Shown here: positions 40,136 to 49,356 of the stretch, in pieces
Layout: each line of letters starts with the position of its first letter
Numbering within the stretch: the stretch's first letter is position 1
Origin: an uncultured Acidobacteriaceae bacterium
GTDB lineage: Bacteria > Acidobacteriota > Terriglobia > Terriglobales > Acidobacteriaceae
DNA length: 64,000 nt
Direction: 5' to 3'
Assembly (NCBI GenBank): GCA_963827415.1
Contig: CAWHBA010000021.1
Coordinates: 163,288 to 227,287, forward strand
The notes under the pieces: model-generated
The model's input: only the letters and a program-made list of their open reading frames with translations
The model's database searches: none
Told to the model about the DNA's origin: nothing
Translations under genes and position numbers: made by a program

Positions 40136-41573
40136 ATGAGAGCACTCGCCGTCGACCTCGGAGGCACGCATATTGCCTACGGGGTCGTGGAAGATCGAAC
40201 ACTGGTCTGCACAGCGTCCGTTCCGAGTAGTTCCCTACTTCGATCCGGGCCCCTGGGGCGGGCACTGGATGGAGGAGGTCTGCGACCTGCCGAAGGATGC
40301 GCCAAATCATGCGTGGTGCTTCGATTGTGTACCCGAGGAGAACAGTCTTCTTTTAGGTTTCGGCGATCATCGGGTTGAAGTTCCAGCAATTGATCTCGTC
40401 TTCTTGCAACCGAAGGAGCTTCTTGGGGATGCTGTCCACGCGCGGTTTGGTACAGAGTTTCCTATCCGCTTCGACTTCCTCGACACAATGGGCGGAGGCA
40501 ATCTGTCGCTGCAAGTGCATCCGCTGACCGAATACATTCAGGACAAATTCGGAATGCATTACACGCAGGACGAGAGCTACTACATGCTGGATGCCAAGCC
40601 CGGGGCCTGCGTCTACCTCGGGCTGAAAGAGGGCGTTGACCAGCGAGCGATGGCGGACGACCTGCGTCGCGCACAAGCGGGCGGTCACGCGTTTCCTGCG
40701 GAGCAGTATGTCAACCAGTTCCCTGCTGAGAAACATGATCACTTTCTGATTCCGGCGGGAACCATACACTGCTCCGGCAAGGACAGCATGGTGCTCGGGA
40801 TTAGTGCAACGCCCTACATCTTCACGTTCAAACTTTGGGATTGGAATTGCCTAGGTCTTGATGGGCGACCGCGACCAATCCATCTCGACCACGGTCTGGC
40901 AAATATTCAGTGGGGCCGCCATCACGAAGGCAGCTCGCGGCATGAATCGCTATTTCGCAGGCGCTACCGCAAACCGATCGTTCTGGCGTTCCTCATCGCG
41001 GCTTTCAACCAGCTTTCGGGAATCAATGCCGTCCTCTACTACTTGAACGACATCTTTGTCTCGGCGGGGTTCAGCCGCGTCTCAGGCGCGGGACAGGCGG
41101 TGGTGATTGGTCTTGTGAACCTCGTTGCCACCCTCGTCGCGATGACTCTCATCGACAGATTAGGACGCCGAACGCTGTTGCTGATTGGCTGCGCGGGAAT
41201 GGTTCTCAATCTCGTCGGAATCAGCTTGATCTTTAGAACGGGGCACGGAACAAATAGACTCCTGTTCCTTGTGGCAGCTTACATCGCCTGCTTTGCGCTC
41301 TCGTCGGGCGCCGTCATCTGGGTGTACATGAGTGAGATCTTTCCCAACGAGGTACGAGTCCAGGGCCAGGCAATGGGAAGCACCGTGCTCTGGATTACGA
41401 ATGGGGTCATATCGCAACTGTTTCCGCTGTTTGCAGCGAAGTCGACATCGTTTCCGTTCGCTGTCTTCGCAGCGGTTATGGCGTTGCAGTTCGTCGTGAC
41501 GTTGATCTATTTCCCTGAGACGAAGGGGCTGTCTTTAGAACAATTGCAGTCAAAGTTGTCATTGCAGGCGTAA
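40136..41573 (+). pseudogene. Mosaic remnant: ROK-kinase 5' end + cupin-type mannose-6-P-isomerase-like body + C-terminal half of a sugar-porter MFS transporter
   Basis: MRALAVDLGGTHIAYGVVEDRTLV (ROK N-terminus) switches frame at ~40205-40225 to ..FRVVPYFDPGPWGGHW..NLSLQVHPL..IPAGTIHCSG.. (PMI-like). That body is joined in-frame at ~40915-40950 to ..RRRYRKPIVLAFLIAAFNQLSGINAVLYY..PNEVRVQGQ..FPETKGLSLEQ (sugar-porter TM7-12). Confidence 0.55.
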
Positions 41574-41610
41574 AGCAGGATAAGTGCATTGGAATCTGCG
41601 CCGAGTCAGC

Positions 41611-41656
41611 ATAATCAAGAGCAAGTTGACCTATAATCGTTTGTAATCGATTGACA
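41611..41656. promoter_or_regulatory. Shared operator-like motif, copy 2, plus a weaker adjacent copy
   Basis: 41633-41656 reads ATAATCGTTTGTAATCGATTGACA, preceded by 41611-41631 ATAATCAAGAGCAAGTTGACC. Confidence 0.45.
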
Positions 41657-41680
41657 CTCCACACCGCGGCTCAATATAGT
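41651..41680 (+). promoter_or_regulatory. Sigma70-like promoter candidate for the aldolase operon
   Basis: TTGACA (41651-41656), 18-nt spacer, TATAGT (41675-41680). Confidence 0.5.
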
Positions 41681-41740
41681 GGGCCTCGTTCCCTCGATAC
41701 GCCGCGCGAACATCCAAGACAACTCAGGAGACTCCTCGAA

Positions 41741-42742
41741 ATGAGAAACAAACTTACACCCGGAAAAGCTGCCGGGCTTAAGGCAGTAGCTGATAACCGT
41801 GGTGTTATTGCAGCGGCGGCGATGGACCAGAGAGGTCTGCTGAAGCAGATGCTGATCCGCGAGCTCGGCGGCAAGGAGCCCACCGACGAGATGATGTCCG
41901 AATTCAAGGAGATCGTGGCGCGCTCGCTGACGCTGCACGCGTCCTCCATTTTGCTCGACGTGCAGTATGGTTTGAAGGCGACCCACAACATCAACGGCAA
42001 GGGCCTGCTTCTCGCCTACGAACATGCGGGCTATAGCCCGGACAAGCCCGAGCGCCTGCCATCCGTCTCCGAGGGATGGTCTGCCCTTCGCCTCAAAGAG
42101 GCCGGCGCAGATGCAGTGAAGATTCTGGTCTACTACACGCCCTTTGAGAAGAAGTGGGTAAATGAGCAAAAGCATGCATGGGTGGAGCGTATTGGAGCGG
42201 AGTGCCGCGGAGCAGACATACCCTTATTCCTCGAGTTTCTGACCTACAGCGTCCACGGCGAGGATGAGAAGGGGCCGGAGTTTGCGCGGAGAAAGCCGGA
42301 GATCATCCTGGCCGGAATGGAAGAGTTTGCGAAAGAGCGCTACGGAGCCGATGTCCTCAAGGTCGATGTTCCCATCCAGATGGCCTACGTCGAAGGGACG
42401 AAGGCGTTCAAAGGCGATGCTGCCTACTCTCGCGAGGACGCAAAGAAACTCGTGCGCGAGTCCGCGGACAAGACTGACCTTCCCATCGTCTATCTCTCCG
42501 CTGGCGTGAGCAGCTCGGTGTTCATCGAAACATTGGAACTCGCGGCCGAGGCTGGCGTGGAGTTCCATGGAGTGCTCGCGGGGCGCGCGACCTGGCAGGA
42601 CGGAGTTCCGGTCTACGTAAAAGAGGGCCCCGAGGCACTGGAGCGCTGGATGAATACGCAGGGAGCGAAGAATATTGACAATATCAATAGTGCGCTGCGC
42701 CTTGCTCGTCCATGGACGGAAGCGCGGGCGTTCCGGGGCTAA
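41741..42742 (+). CDS. Class I ketose-bisphosphate aldolase of the LacD/YihT family
   Basis: ATG follows AGGAG. Closely parallels LacD as I recall it (..AMDQRG.LK.M.., ..SSILLD..YGL.., ..LLLAYE..GY.., ..DVLKV.VP.., ..YLSAGVS...F.ETL..A.EAG..F.GVL.GRATW). Confidence 0.75.
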   Translation: MRNKLTPGKAAGLKAVADNRGVIAAAAMDQRGLLKQMLIRELGGKEPTDEMMSEFKEIVARSLTLHASSILLDVQYGLKATHNINGKGLLLAYEHAGYSPDKPERLPSVSEGWSALRLKEAGADAVKILVYYTPFEKKWVNEQKHAWVERIGAECRGADIPLFLEFLTYSVHGEDEKGPEFARRKPEIILAGMEEFAKERYGADVLKVDVPIQMAYVEGTKAFKGDAAYSREDAKKLVRESADKTDLPIVYLSAGVSSSVFIETLELAAEAGVEFHGVLAGRATWQDGVPVYVKEGPEALERWMNTQGAKNIDNINSALRLARPWTEARAFRG

Positions 42743-42813
42743 GCGCTTCGCGCCAGCGTCGCATTGCCTGACAATCGGATGAAGACCGCTGGGGAACCTT
42801 CTTGTTAGAGACG

Positions 42814-44091
42814 ATGGAGCAGCATAAGGAGACGGCCGGCTCGATGGTGGAGCGGGCGATCCATCGTCGACGCTGGTGGATCCTCGGACTGCTCTTCTCG
42901 ATCACGGTCATCAACTTCATCGACCGACAGACGCTGTCCGTCCTGGCGCCTGTCATCTGCTCCGCCTTCCACCTGACGAACGTCGCGTACGGCCGCATCG
43001 TGGCTGCGCTGCAGTTCGGCATGATGTCCGGCGAGTTCCCGATGGGTTACCTGATGGACCGATGGGGCACGCGGCTGGGACTCTCCTTCGCTGTCATGTG
43101 GTGGTCCTCGGCCACGGCGGCCCAGGTGTTTGCCCGTACCGGGACCCAGTTCGGATTGATCCGGTACTGGATGGGAACAGGCGAGTGCGGGAACTTCTCA
43201 GGAGGCGTGAAGACTGCGACCCGGCTCTTTGCGCCCGCAGAGCGAACCCTCGCGATCGGCATCTTCAACGCCGGCAGCATGGTGGGAGCCACTGTGGCGC
43301 CTCCGCTGATCGTCTACCTGCTGCATCATTTCGGATTTCGTTCAGCGTTCCTTGTACCAGCAGCTCTGGGTTTCGTCTGGCTCATCGCATGGTGGTTCGT
43401 CTACCAGCGTGAAGCGCCGCCACGTGAGGAAACGCGACAGCCGCAGGCCTCCGTTCGCGAATTCCTCAGCGACTCTTCCTCATGGGCCGTAATGTCCTGC
43501 AGGTTCTTCGTGGGCCCAGTGATTCAGTTCTATTGGTACTGGATTCCGATGTATCTCTACACCGTGCGGCACATGTCGCTGACACAGGTGGGGTTTCTCA
43601 GCTGGATCCCGTTTCTCCTGGGCGATGGTGGGAACGTGTTCGGCGGATGGGCCGCGGGCGTTATGCTACGGCGCGGTATCTCCGCGCGAAACACGAGGCG
43701 GTGGCTGATGTACGGCAGCAGTGCCTTCTGCTTCGCGAGCTTCCTGGTTCCTTTCACACGCGGGAGCGGCATGGCGCTCGCCATCATCGGCGTTGCCGTC
43801 GCGGCACATAACTTCCTTTCCGCAAACATGTACGGCGCCATCACTGATCTCTTCCCGGACTCAAAGGTGGGCCGCGCCACAGGACTCACGGGAGTGGCCG
43901 GCGGTCTCAGCGGACTTCTCTTCCCGCTGCTTACCGGAGTATTGATTGATCGTTTCTCCTACAGCCCGGTCTTTGTACTGATTGCCATGATGCCTCTCGT
44001 GGGCACGCTTGCGCTCTTCACCCTCGGCAGAAAGTACCGCACACTGGGAACCAGCCAGCGTTCAAATGTTGCGGCACAGCAACAACTCTGA
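42814..44091 (+). CDS. MFS transporter, anion:cation symporter (ExuT/DgoT-like) family
   Basis: 12-TM-like hydrophobic ORF; ..WWILGLLFSITVINFIDRQTLSVLAP.., ..YLMDRWGTRLGL... Confidence 0.65.
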   Translation: MEQHKETAGSMVERAIHRRRWWILGLLFSITVINFIDRQTLSVLAPVICSAFHLTNVAYGRIVAALQFGMMSGEFPMGYLMDRWGTRLGLSFAVMWWSSATAAQVFARTGTQFGLIRYWMGTGECGNFSGGVKTATRLFAPAERTLAIGIFNAGSMVGATVAPPLIVYLLHHFGFRSAFLVPAALGFVWLIAWWFVYQREAPPREETRQPQASVREFLSDSSSWAVMSCRFFVGPVIQFYWYWIPMYLYTVRHMSLTQVGFLSWIPFLLGDGGNVFGGWAAGVMLRRGISARNTRRWLMYGSSAFCFASFLVPFTRGSGMALAIIGVAVAAHNFLSANMYGAITDLFPDSKVGRATGLTGVAGGLSGLLFPLLTGVLIDRFSYSPVFVLIAMMPLVGTLALFTLGRKYRTLGTSQRSNVAAQQQL

Positions 44092-44179
44092 AAGGACTCG
44101 ATGAGCGGCCTCTTGTTGCCAATGACTTTCGGTTCAACGACGTACTCATTCGGTGACATTCGTCCACAGACAACTTCAT

Positions 44180-44203
44180 TGACAATCAATCGCAATCGAT
44201 TAT
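44180..44203. promoter_or_regulatory. Shared operator-like motif, copy 3
   Basis: The reverse complement reads ATAATCGATTGCGATTGATTGTCA. Occupies the spacer after TTGACA (44179-44184), with TATATC at 44201-44206. Confidence 0.45.
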
Positions 44204-44233
44204 ATCGTTAGTCCGTTCCCAAAGAAGCCCAGG

Positions 44234-45430
44234 ATGAGCAGCTCTAATCTGATGATCGTGCAAGGTGGCGGCCCCACGGCGGTGTTTAATGCCAGCCTTG
44301 CAGAGATTGTCGCCGAAGGACAGCGCCAAGGCTCCATCTCGTCGATCTTCGGCTCGCGCTATGGGATCAAAGGCCTCATCGAGGACCAGATCGTCGACCT
44401 CAGCGGCATGTCGAAAACCGAACTCGACTTATTGAGCAGAACCCCTGGTGCAGCTCTCGGCTCCTCCCGCCACAATCCCAGCAAAGAGGACATGCAGAGG
44501 TTGGCGGATGCGCTGGTACACCTCAAGGTTGACCACTTGCTTTTTCTGGGCGGCAACGGCACGATGCGGGGCGCCGAGATCGTCAGCGAATACTGCGCTT
44601 CGCAGGGGATGGACATTCGAGTCGTCGGGGTCCCCAAGACGATCGACAACGACATCGCGGCAACCGACCGCTGCCCGGGCTATGCCAGCGCCGCGCGATA
44701 TATAGCAACCTCCACGCGCGAACTTGCAGCCGACGTGCGCTCCCTTCCCCAGCCGATCACGATTCTTGAGACCATGGGACGCTCCGTCGGATGGATTGCC
44801 GCCGCTGCATCTCTCGCGCGCACAGATGCCGACAGCGCTCCGCACCTGGTCTACGTTCCAGAGGTTCCGTTCGAGACGGAGGAGTTCCTTTCGGACCTCA
44901 GCAGTGTCGTCGATCGTCTGGGATGGGCGGTCGTCGTCGTCGCAGAGGGCATCCGTCATGCCGATGGAAGACCTGTCTACGAGGCTCGCGACCCATCGCA
45001 GTCGGATCCGCTCAAGCGACCTATGATTGGCGGCGTTGCTCAACACCTCGCAACCATCGTGGGTGAGCGGCTTGGCCTCCGCTGCCGCAGTGAAAAGCCT
45101 GGGCTGCTCGGACGCGCTTCCATCGCATGTGCTGCGGAGCAGGACTTCGAAGATGCGGCTCTGGTTGGACGGACTGGGGTGCAGGCGCTCGTCTCGGGCA
45201 AAACCAATGTGATGGTCTCTCTCGAGCCACTTGGGTCAGCATCCAGCACAAGACTCGTTCCGCTCAATGATGCGGCCGGTCATGAGCGCACAATTCCGAG
45301 CGAATGGTTACAGGGCGGTCCGCTGCCCGTCGCCCAGCCGTTCTTTGACTACATCCGTCCACTCGTTGGGCCAATCGAGGAACACATAATAGATATCGGC
45401 ACGACCGTTCAAGGAATAGGAGCAAGGTAG
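44234..45430 (+). CDS. Phosphofructokinase-family sugar-phosphate kinase, non-canonical (PPi-PFK-like motifs)
   Basis: ..MIVQGGGPTAVFNASL.., ..LLFLGGNGTMRGA.., ..VGVPKTIDNDI.., ..ETMGRSVGWIAA... Differs from pfkA (11920), which has the GGGDCPGLNA form. Confidence 0.65.
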   Translation: MSSSNLMIVQGGGPTAVFNASLAEIVAEGQRQGSISSIFGSRYGIKGLIEDQIVDLSGMSKTELDLLSRTPGAALGSSRHNPSKEDMQRLADALVHLKVDHLLFLGGNGTMRGAEIVSEYCASQGMDIRVVGVPKTIDNDIAATDRCPGYASAARYIATSTRELAADVRSLPQPITILETMGRSVGWIAAAASLARTDADSAPHLVYVPEVPFETEEFLSDLSSVVDRLGWAVVVVAEGIRHADGRPVYEARDPSQSDPLKRPMIGGVAQHLATIVGERLGLRCRSEKPGLLGRASIACAAEQDFEDAALVGRTGVQALVSGKTNVMVSLEPLGSASSTRLVPLNDAAGHERTIPSEWLQGGPLPVAQPFFDYIRPLVGPIEEHIIDIGTTVQGIGAR

Positions 45431-45432
45431 AG

Positions 45433-46806
45433 ATGGAAACGCAACAGGCAACGTCGCAGGCTCCAGTGGGTGTGCTGATCTTCGGCCGCAAGCGCCCGGG
45501 CTTCGACCAGGATTGGAACGCTGAGATACGCGAGCGCTGCCGCAAGTCGCTGGCTCAGCTTGGATCCACATGCATCGGCGCCGAGGAAGTTGTTCTCGAT
45601 GATGACGCCGTAAACGGCGCTCTGGACCGAATTGCAAAGGCGGGTTGTCTTTCGCTGATTGTGATTCAGCCATCTCTCGCTGACGGCCAGTACGCTCTGA
45701 CTGTCAGCCAGCGCTGGAGCGGTCCCGTGATTCTCTGGGCGACACCAGAACGCCCTGGCGACGGCAAAGTAAGCTCCTGTTCCCTCGTCGGTCAGCACCT
45801 CTGGGCCTCCATTCTTCGACAGGCAAATCATCCGTTCGAATTCGTCTATGGTGCCCCGGAGGATGTCCAGGCCGAATTGCGCCAGGCTATTGCGCTCTCT
45901 GAAACCGTTGAACGCCTGCGTACAGCCAAGCTGGGCGTCGTCGGTACGCATGCGCCCGGATTCCTCGATCTTGCGGCTGATCCTTTCCTCATTCGCCAGA
46001 CCTTTGGATTGCAGTTGCATCCGCTCAGCCTTCCTCAGTTCATCGACCGCGTGCAGGCCATTCCGGCAGATGAGGTCAATGCGGACCTTCAGCGCGTACA
46101 CTCGCTGGGACTGCGCGAGACCGGAAGCACTTCGGCGCCTGCCGATGAGTTGCTTTCCGTCAATTCGCGTTATTACCTCTCCGTGCAGAGCTTGATGCGT
46201 GAGGCTAATCTGGACGCACTCTCGTTGCAGTGCTGGCCGGAGCTGCCGAACGTTCTCGGCCAATGGCCTTACTTTGCCGTCTCGCGTCTTGGAGCCGAGG
46301 GGAAAGCGGTCTCCATCGAAGGCGATGTTGATGGTGCAATCAGTGCCCTTATCGGTCGTTTCGTCGGGATCGGGCCGGGTTTCCTCACGGACTGGCTTGA
46401 GCATGACGCGGACACTATCTTCTTCTGGCATCCGGGCATGGCACCTCTTGATATGTGCAACGCCACTGGGTGCGAGGACGCGCCCACGCTCGGCGGCCAT
46501 TTCAATGGTGCGCGCCCTTTCGTGGTCGACGGTCAATTGCAACTGGCCGGGGATGTCACCGTCTCGCGCCTCTGGCGTTGCGACGGCCGGTACCATTGGA
46601 CGGCATTTGAAGGCCGCTCCATCCCGCCGCGGCGCTCCGTTACTGGCAACAGCCTGCTGGTCGAGGTCGATGGCGGTAAGGTTCCGGAGCGCTTCGAACG
46701 CCTCGTCCATGCCGGTCTGCCGCACCACGTGACGCTGCACTTTGGCCGCCACGCAGAGACGTTCCGCCGGCTTGCCCGCGCTCTTGATATCGATTGGGAG
46801 CAATGA
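45433..46806 (+). CDS. FucI/AraA-superfamily sugar (aldose-ketose) isomerase-like protein
   Basis: 457-aa intact ORF. Layout and motifs (..LIVIQPSLADG.., ..KLGVVGTHAPGF.D.., ..SLQCWPEL.., ..SIEGDVDGAISALI.., ..HVTLHFG) recall L-fucose/L-arabinose isomerase-like proteins. Family call from memory. Confidence 0.45.
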   Translation: METQQATSQAPVGVLIFGRKRPGFDQDWNAEIRERCRKSLAQLGSTCIGAEEVVLDDDAVNGALDRIAKAGCLSLIVIQPSLADGQYALTVSQRWSGPVILWATPERPGDGKVSSCSLVGQHLWASILRQANHPFEFVYGAPEDVQAELRQAIALSETVERLRTAKLGVVGTHAPGFLDLAADPFLIRQTFGLQLHPLSLPQFIDRVQAIPADEVNADLQRVHSLGLRETGSTSAPADELLSVNSRYYLSVQSLMREANLDALSLQCWPELPNVLGQWPYFAVSRLGAEGKAVSIEGDVDGAISALIGRFVGIGPGFLTDWLEHDADTIFFWHPGMAPLDMCNATGCEDAPTLGGHFNGARPFVVDGQLQLAGDVTVSRLWRCDGRYHWTAFEGRSIPPRRSVTGNSLLVEVDGGKVPERFERLVHAGLPHHVTLHFGRHAETFRRLARALDIDWEQ

Positions 46807-46836
46807 AAACAGATGAGTTAACCACAACCTGAACGG

Positions 46837-46858
46837 TTGACAGTTTACAATCTATTAC
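46837..46858. promoter_or_regulatory. Shared operator-like motif, copy 4 (3 nt shorter)
   Basis: The plus strand reads TTGACAGTTTACAATCTATTAC. The reverse complement GTAATAGATTGTAAACTGTCAA aligns to the other copies. Confidence 0.35.
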
Positions 46859-46902
46859 TGCTCTACAACGATTTAGATGGCCGACTTTGCGAGGTGAAGC
46901 AG

Positions 46903-47568
46903 ATGCCTAGAAACGCAACGAAAACACGAGTGGCACGGCATGACATCCGGGAAGAGATCCAACGCAGAATCCTTTCCGGAGAGAGCAAGCCAGGAGAGCG
47001 GCTTAGTCAGCAGAGCCTGGCTCGCGAACTTGGCGTCGCCCAAGGCACGGTGCGCGAGTCTCTTCTTGAACTGCAGTGGCTGGGCCTCGTCGAGTCCATC
47101 GATCGCCTTGGTGTCTTCGTGGACAAACTGGATGTCGGCCGCATCTGCGAGGCATACCAGTTACGCGAGGTTCTCGAAGGCCTGGCTGCGCGATTGGCCT
47201 GTAACAACGCAGGCCGCGCAGACATCGCCGAGCTCCGGTCAATGGCTGATCAGATTTATCGCATGGCACAGGACGATGACACGGAGACCGCATCCATCGA
47301 CCGCCGGTTCCATCTGCGAATCACGGAGCTCGCACGCAACAACACACTCATGCGACTCTCGCAAACTTATCGTGCGCTAGGCATGACCGTTCGGGCCTAT
47401 CGCGAACCGGCCATTATTCATGCCGAGCATCTTCGCATCGTAGAGGCCATCGAGCACAACTTTGCCGAAGAGGCTGAGCGCCAGGCCCGCTATCACGTTG
47501 TAGGCGCCCGCGAGATGATTGAGTCGCTCGCGCAGCAGGGCAAGTTTATTCCGGAGTGGGTGAAGTAG
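46903..47568 (+). CDS. GntR-family regulator with FCD (FadR C-terminal) domain
   Basis: ATG follows GAGGTG. ..GERLSQQSLARELGVAQGTVRESLLELQWLGLVESI.. wHTH, then an all-helical C-domain. Its stop directly abuts the next ATG. Confidence 0.8.
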   Translation: MPRNATKTRVARHDIREEIQRRILSGESKPGERLSQQSLARELGVAQGTVRESLLELQWLGLVESIDRLGVFVDKLDVGRICEAYQLREVLEGLAARLACNNAGRADIAELRSMADQIYRMAQDDDTETASIDRRFHLRITELARNNTLMRLSQTYRALGMTVRAYREPAIIHAEHLRIVEAIEHNFAEEAERQARYHVVGAREMIESLAQQGKFIPEWVK

Positions 47569-49047
47569 ATGTCGACGACCGTTCTTGATGAGAAATCCGG
47601 ACCGTCGCAGGGTGCACAGCATCCGTACGGCTCGTATATCGCCGGCGAGTGGGTCCATACGAAGGAACAGCTTCAGGTCACCGATCCTTCCAGCGGAAAG
47701 GCATTCGCTAAGGTCTCGTCGATTCAACGGGAACATGTAACGACAGCTCTTACAGTCGCGGAAAAGGCATTCAGCGAATGGCGGCAGTTCTCTGCCCTCG
47801 AACGCGGAAATCTCTTGCGCAAGGTCGCGGACGAACTCATCCGCAGACGGCCGGAGATCGCCCGAACGATCACCCTCGAAAACGGCAAGCCCCTCGCCCA
47901 AAGCGAAGGTGAAGTTGCGATGTCGGCAGATCACTTGTACTGGTTTGCCGAAGAGGCCCGTCGCGTCTACGGCCGCAGCATTCCCAATCAGGTCAAGGGC
48001 AAGCGTCACATGATCGTCAAGACGCCGATCGGTGTCGTGGGCGCCATCGCACCCTGGAACTTTCCTCTCGTTCTTTCTGTGCGCAAGGTCGCTCCGGCCA
48101 TGGCGGCTGGATGCCCCGTCATCCTGAAGCCTGCCTCGCAGACGCCTCTCTCCGCCATACATCTGGCGGAGTGTATGCAGGCTGCTGGGGTTCCCGCCGG
48201 TGTATTTCAACTGGTGATCGGCGATGCCGCGATGATCTCGTCGACATTCCTCGCCAGTCCGATCTGTCGCAAGGTGAGCTTCACTGGATCGACGCAAGTT
48301 GGACGTCTTCTTATCCGGGGCGCCGCCGAGACGATCAAACCGCTCTGCCTCGAGCTCGGCGGACTCGCCCCGGTACTTGTCTTCGAGGACTGCGACCTGG
48401 ACGTGGCCGTGCGGGAGACGATCATCGCGAAGTTTCGCAATACAGGCCAATCGTGCATCGCAGCCAACAGAATCTACGTCCAGAAGAGCATCCATAAAGA
48501 GTTCACGGAGCGATTCTGCGCAGCGGTGGCACGGCTCAAAACTGGTCCGGGCCTCGAAGCCGGAATGGACGTGGGACCGCTGATCAATGAGTCTGGCGTT
48601 CAGGCTGCACTCCAGCAGGTTGAAGACGCGGTGAGCAAGGGCGCGCGCCTTCTCGCCGGAGGAAAGCGCATTGAACATCTCGCCGGTTTCTTTCTGGAAC
48701 CTACCGTGCTCGATGAAGTTCCTGACGCTGCTGCGTGCATGTGCGAAGAGACATTTGCCCCCATTGCACCGATCTCCACCTTTGAAACCGAAGAGGAGGT
48801 CCTCGAGCGTGCCAACAGTTCAGCGTACGGCCTGAGCGCCTACGCGATGACTCGCGATCTCAACCGAATGTTACGGCTCGGCGAAAAGCTCGAAGCCGGC
48901 ACACTCGGCATCAACGACGGTGCCCCAACTGTAAGCACCTCTCCCTTCGGAGGAGTCAAGCAAAGCGGATGGGGCCGGGAACTTGGAATCGAAGGGCTTG
49001 AAGCATTTCTCGAAACAAAACACATCTCCATCGGTAATTTCGCCTGA
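47569..49047 (+). CDS. NAD(P)+-dependent aldehyde dehydrogenase (GabD/KGSADH-like)
   Basis: 492 aa; ..GVVGAIAPWNFP.., ..VSFTGSTQVG.., ..LELGG.AP.., ..GQSCIAANR.., ..PFGGVKQSGWGRE... Confidence 0.8.
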   Translation: MSTTVLDEKSGPSQGAQHPYGSYIAGEWVHTKEQLQVTDPSSGKAFAKVSSIQREHVTTALTVAEKAFSEWRQFSALERGNLLRKVADELIRRRPEIARTITLENGKPLAQSEGEVAMSADHLYWFAEEARRVYGRSIPNQVKGKRHMIVKTPIGVVGAIAPWNFPLVLSVRKVAPAMAAGCPVILKPASQTPLSAIHLAECMQAAGVPAGVFQLVIGDAAMISSTFLASPICRKVSFTGSTQVGRLLIRGAAETIKPLCLELGGLAPVLVFEDCDLDVAVRETIIAKFRNTGQSCIAANRIYVQKSIHKEFTERFCAAVARLKTGPGLEAGMDVGPLINESGVQAALQQVEDAVSKGARLLAGGKRIEHLAGFFLEPTVLDEVPDAAACMCEETFAPIAPISTFETEEEVLERANSSAYGLSAYAMTRDLNRMLRLGEKLEAGTLGINDGAPTVSTSPFGGVKQSGWGRELGIEGLEAFLETKHISIGNFA

Positions 49048-49072
49048 TGGACTCAGCCAGAAGGAGAAGTAG

Positions 49073-49354
49073 ATGATTCACTTTCTTGTCCATGACGCCG
49101 CGGACAACGTTGGCGTTGCGGTTGTCGATCTTGAACCGGGCACCGAGTGCGTTGGGAGAAATCTCGCGGACAACTCTACGCTGAAGGCTCGCGCCGAACA
49201 GTCCATTCCACTTGGACACAAACTTGCACTGAAAGACTTTGCCATCGGCGACACCGCGATCAAGTATGGCTGCGAGATCGGCCGCATCGTTCAGCCCGTC
49301 AAGGCCGGACAACATGTGCACACACAGAATCTGAAGACGAAGAGGTGGGCGTAG
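49073..49354 (+). CDS. SAF-domain small subunit of a split UxaA-family enzyme (SuyA-like)
   Basis: 93 aa; ..[17 protein letters not shown].., ..[24 protein letters not shown]...[11 protein letters not shown]... Confidence 0.7.
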   Translation: MIHFLVHDAADNVGVAVVDLEPGTECVGRNLADNSTLKARAEQSIPLGHKLALKDFAIGDTAIKYGCEIGRIVQPVKAGQHVHTQNLKTKRWA

Positions 49355-49356
49355 TT

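Noticed and set aside
41741-45430. Reading the aldolase plus PFK-like kinase simply as a tagatose-6-phosphate (Lac/Gat-type) pathway
   Set aside because: This is not fully excluded. However, there is no galactose-6-P isomerase, PTS or PfkB-type LacC. That reading also leaves the co-regulated aldehyde dehydrogenase, split UxaA-type enzyme and two 2-hydroxyacid dehydrogenases unexplained. It is retained as the main alternative in the refutation criteria.
45409-48678. Minus-strand ORFs of 472 aa and 433 aa opposite the isomerase, GntR and aldehyde dehydrogenase genes
   Set aside because: There are no family signatures, and the composition is Arg-rich antisense-type. The plus-strand genes have strong motifs and SD-like sites.
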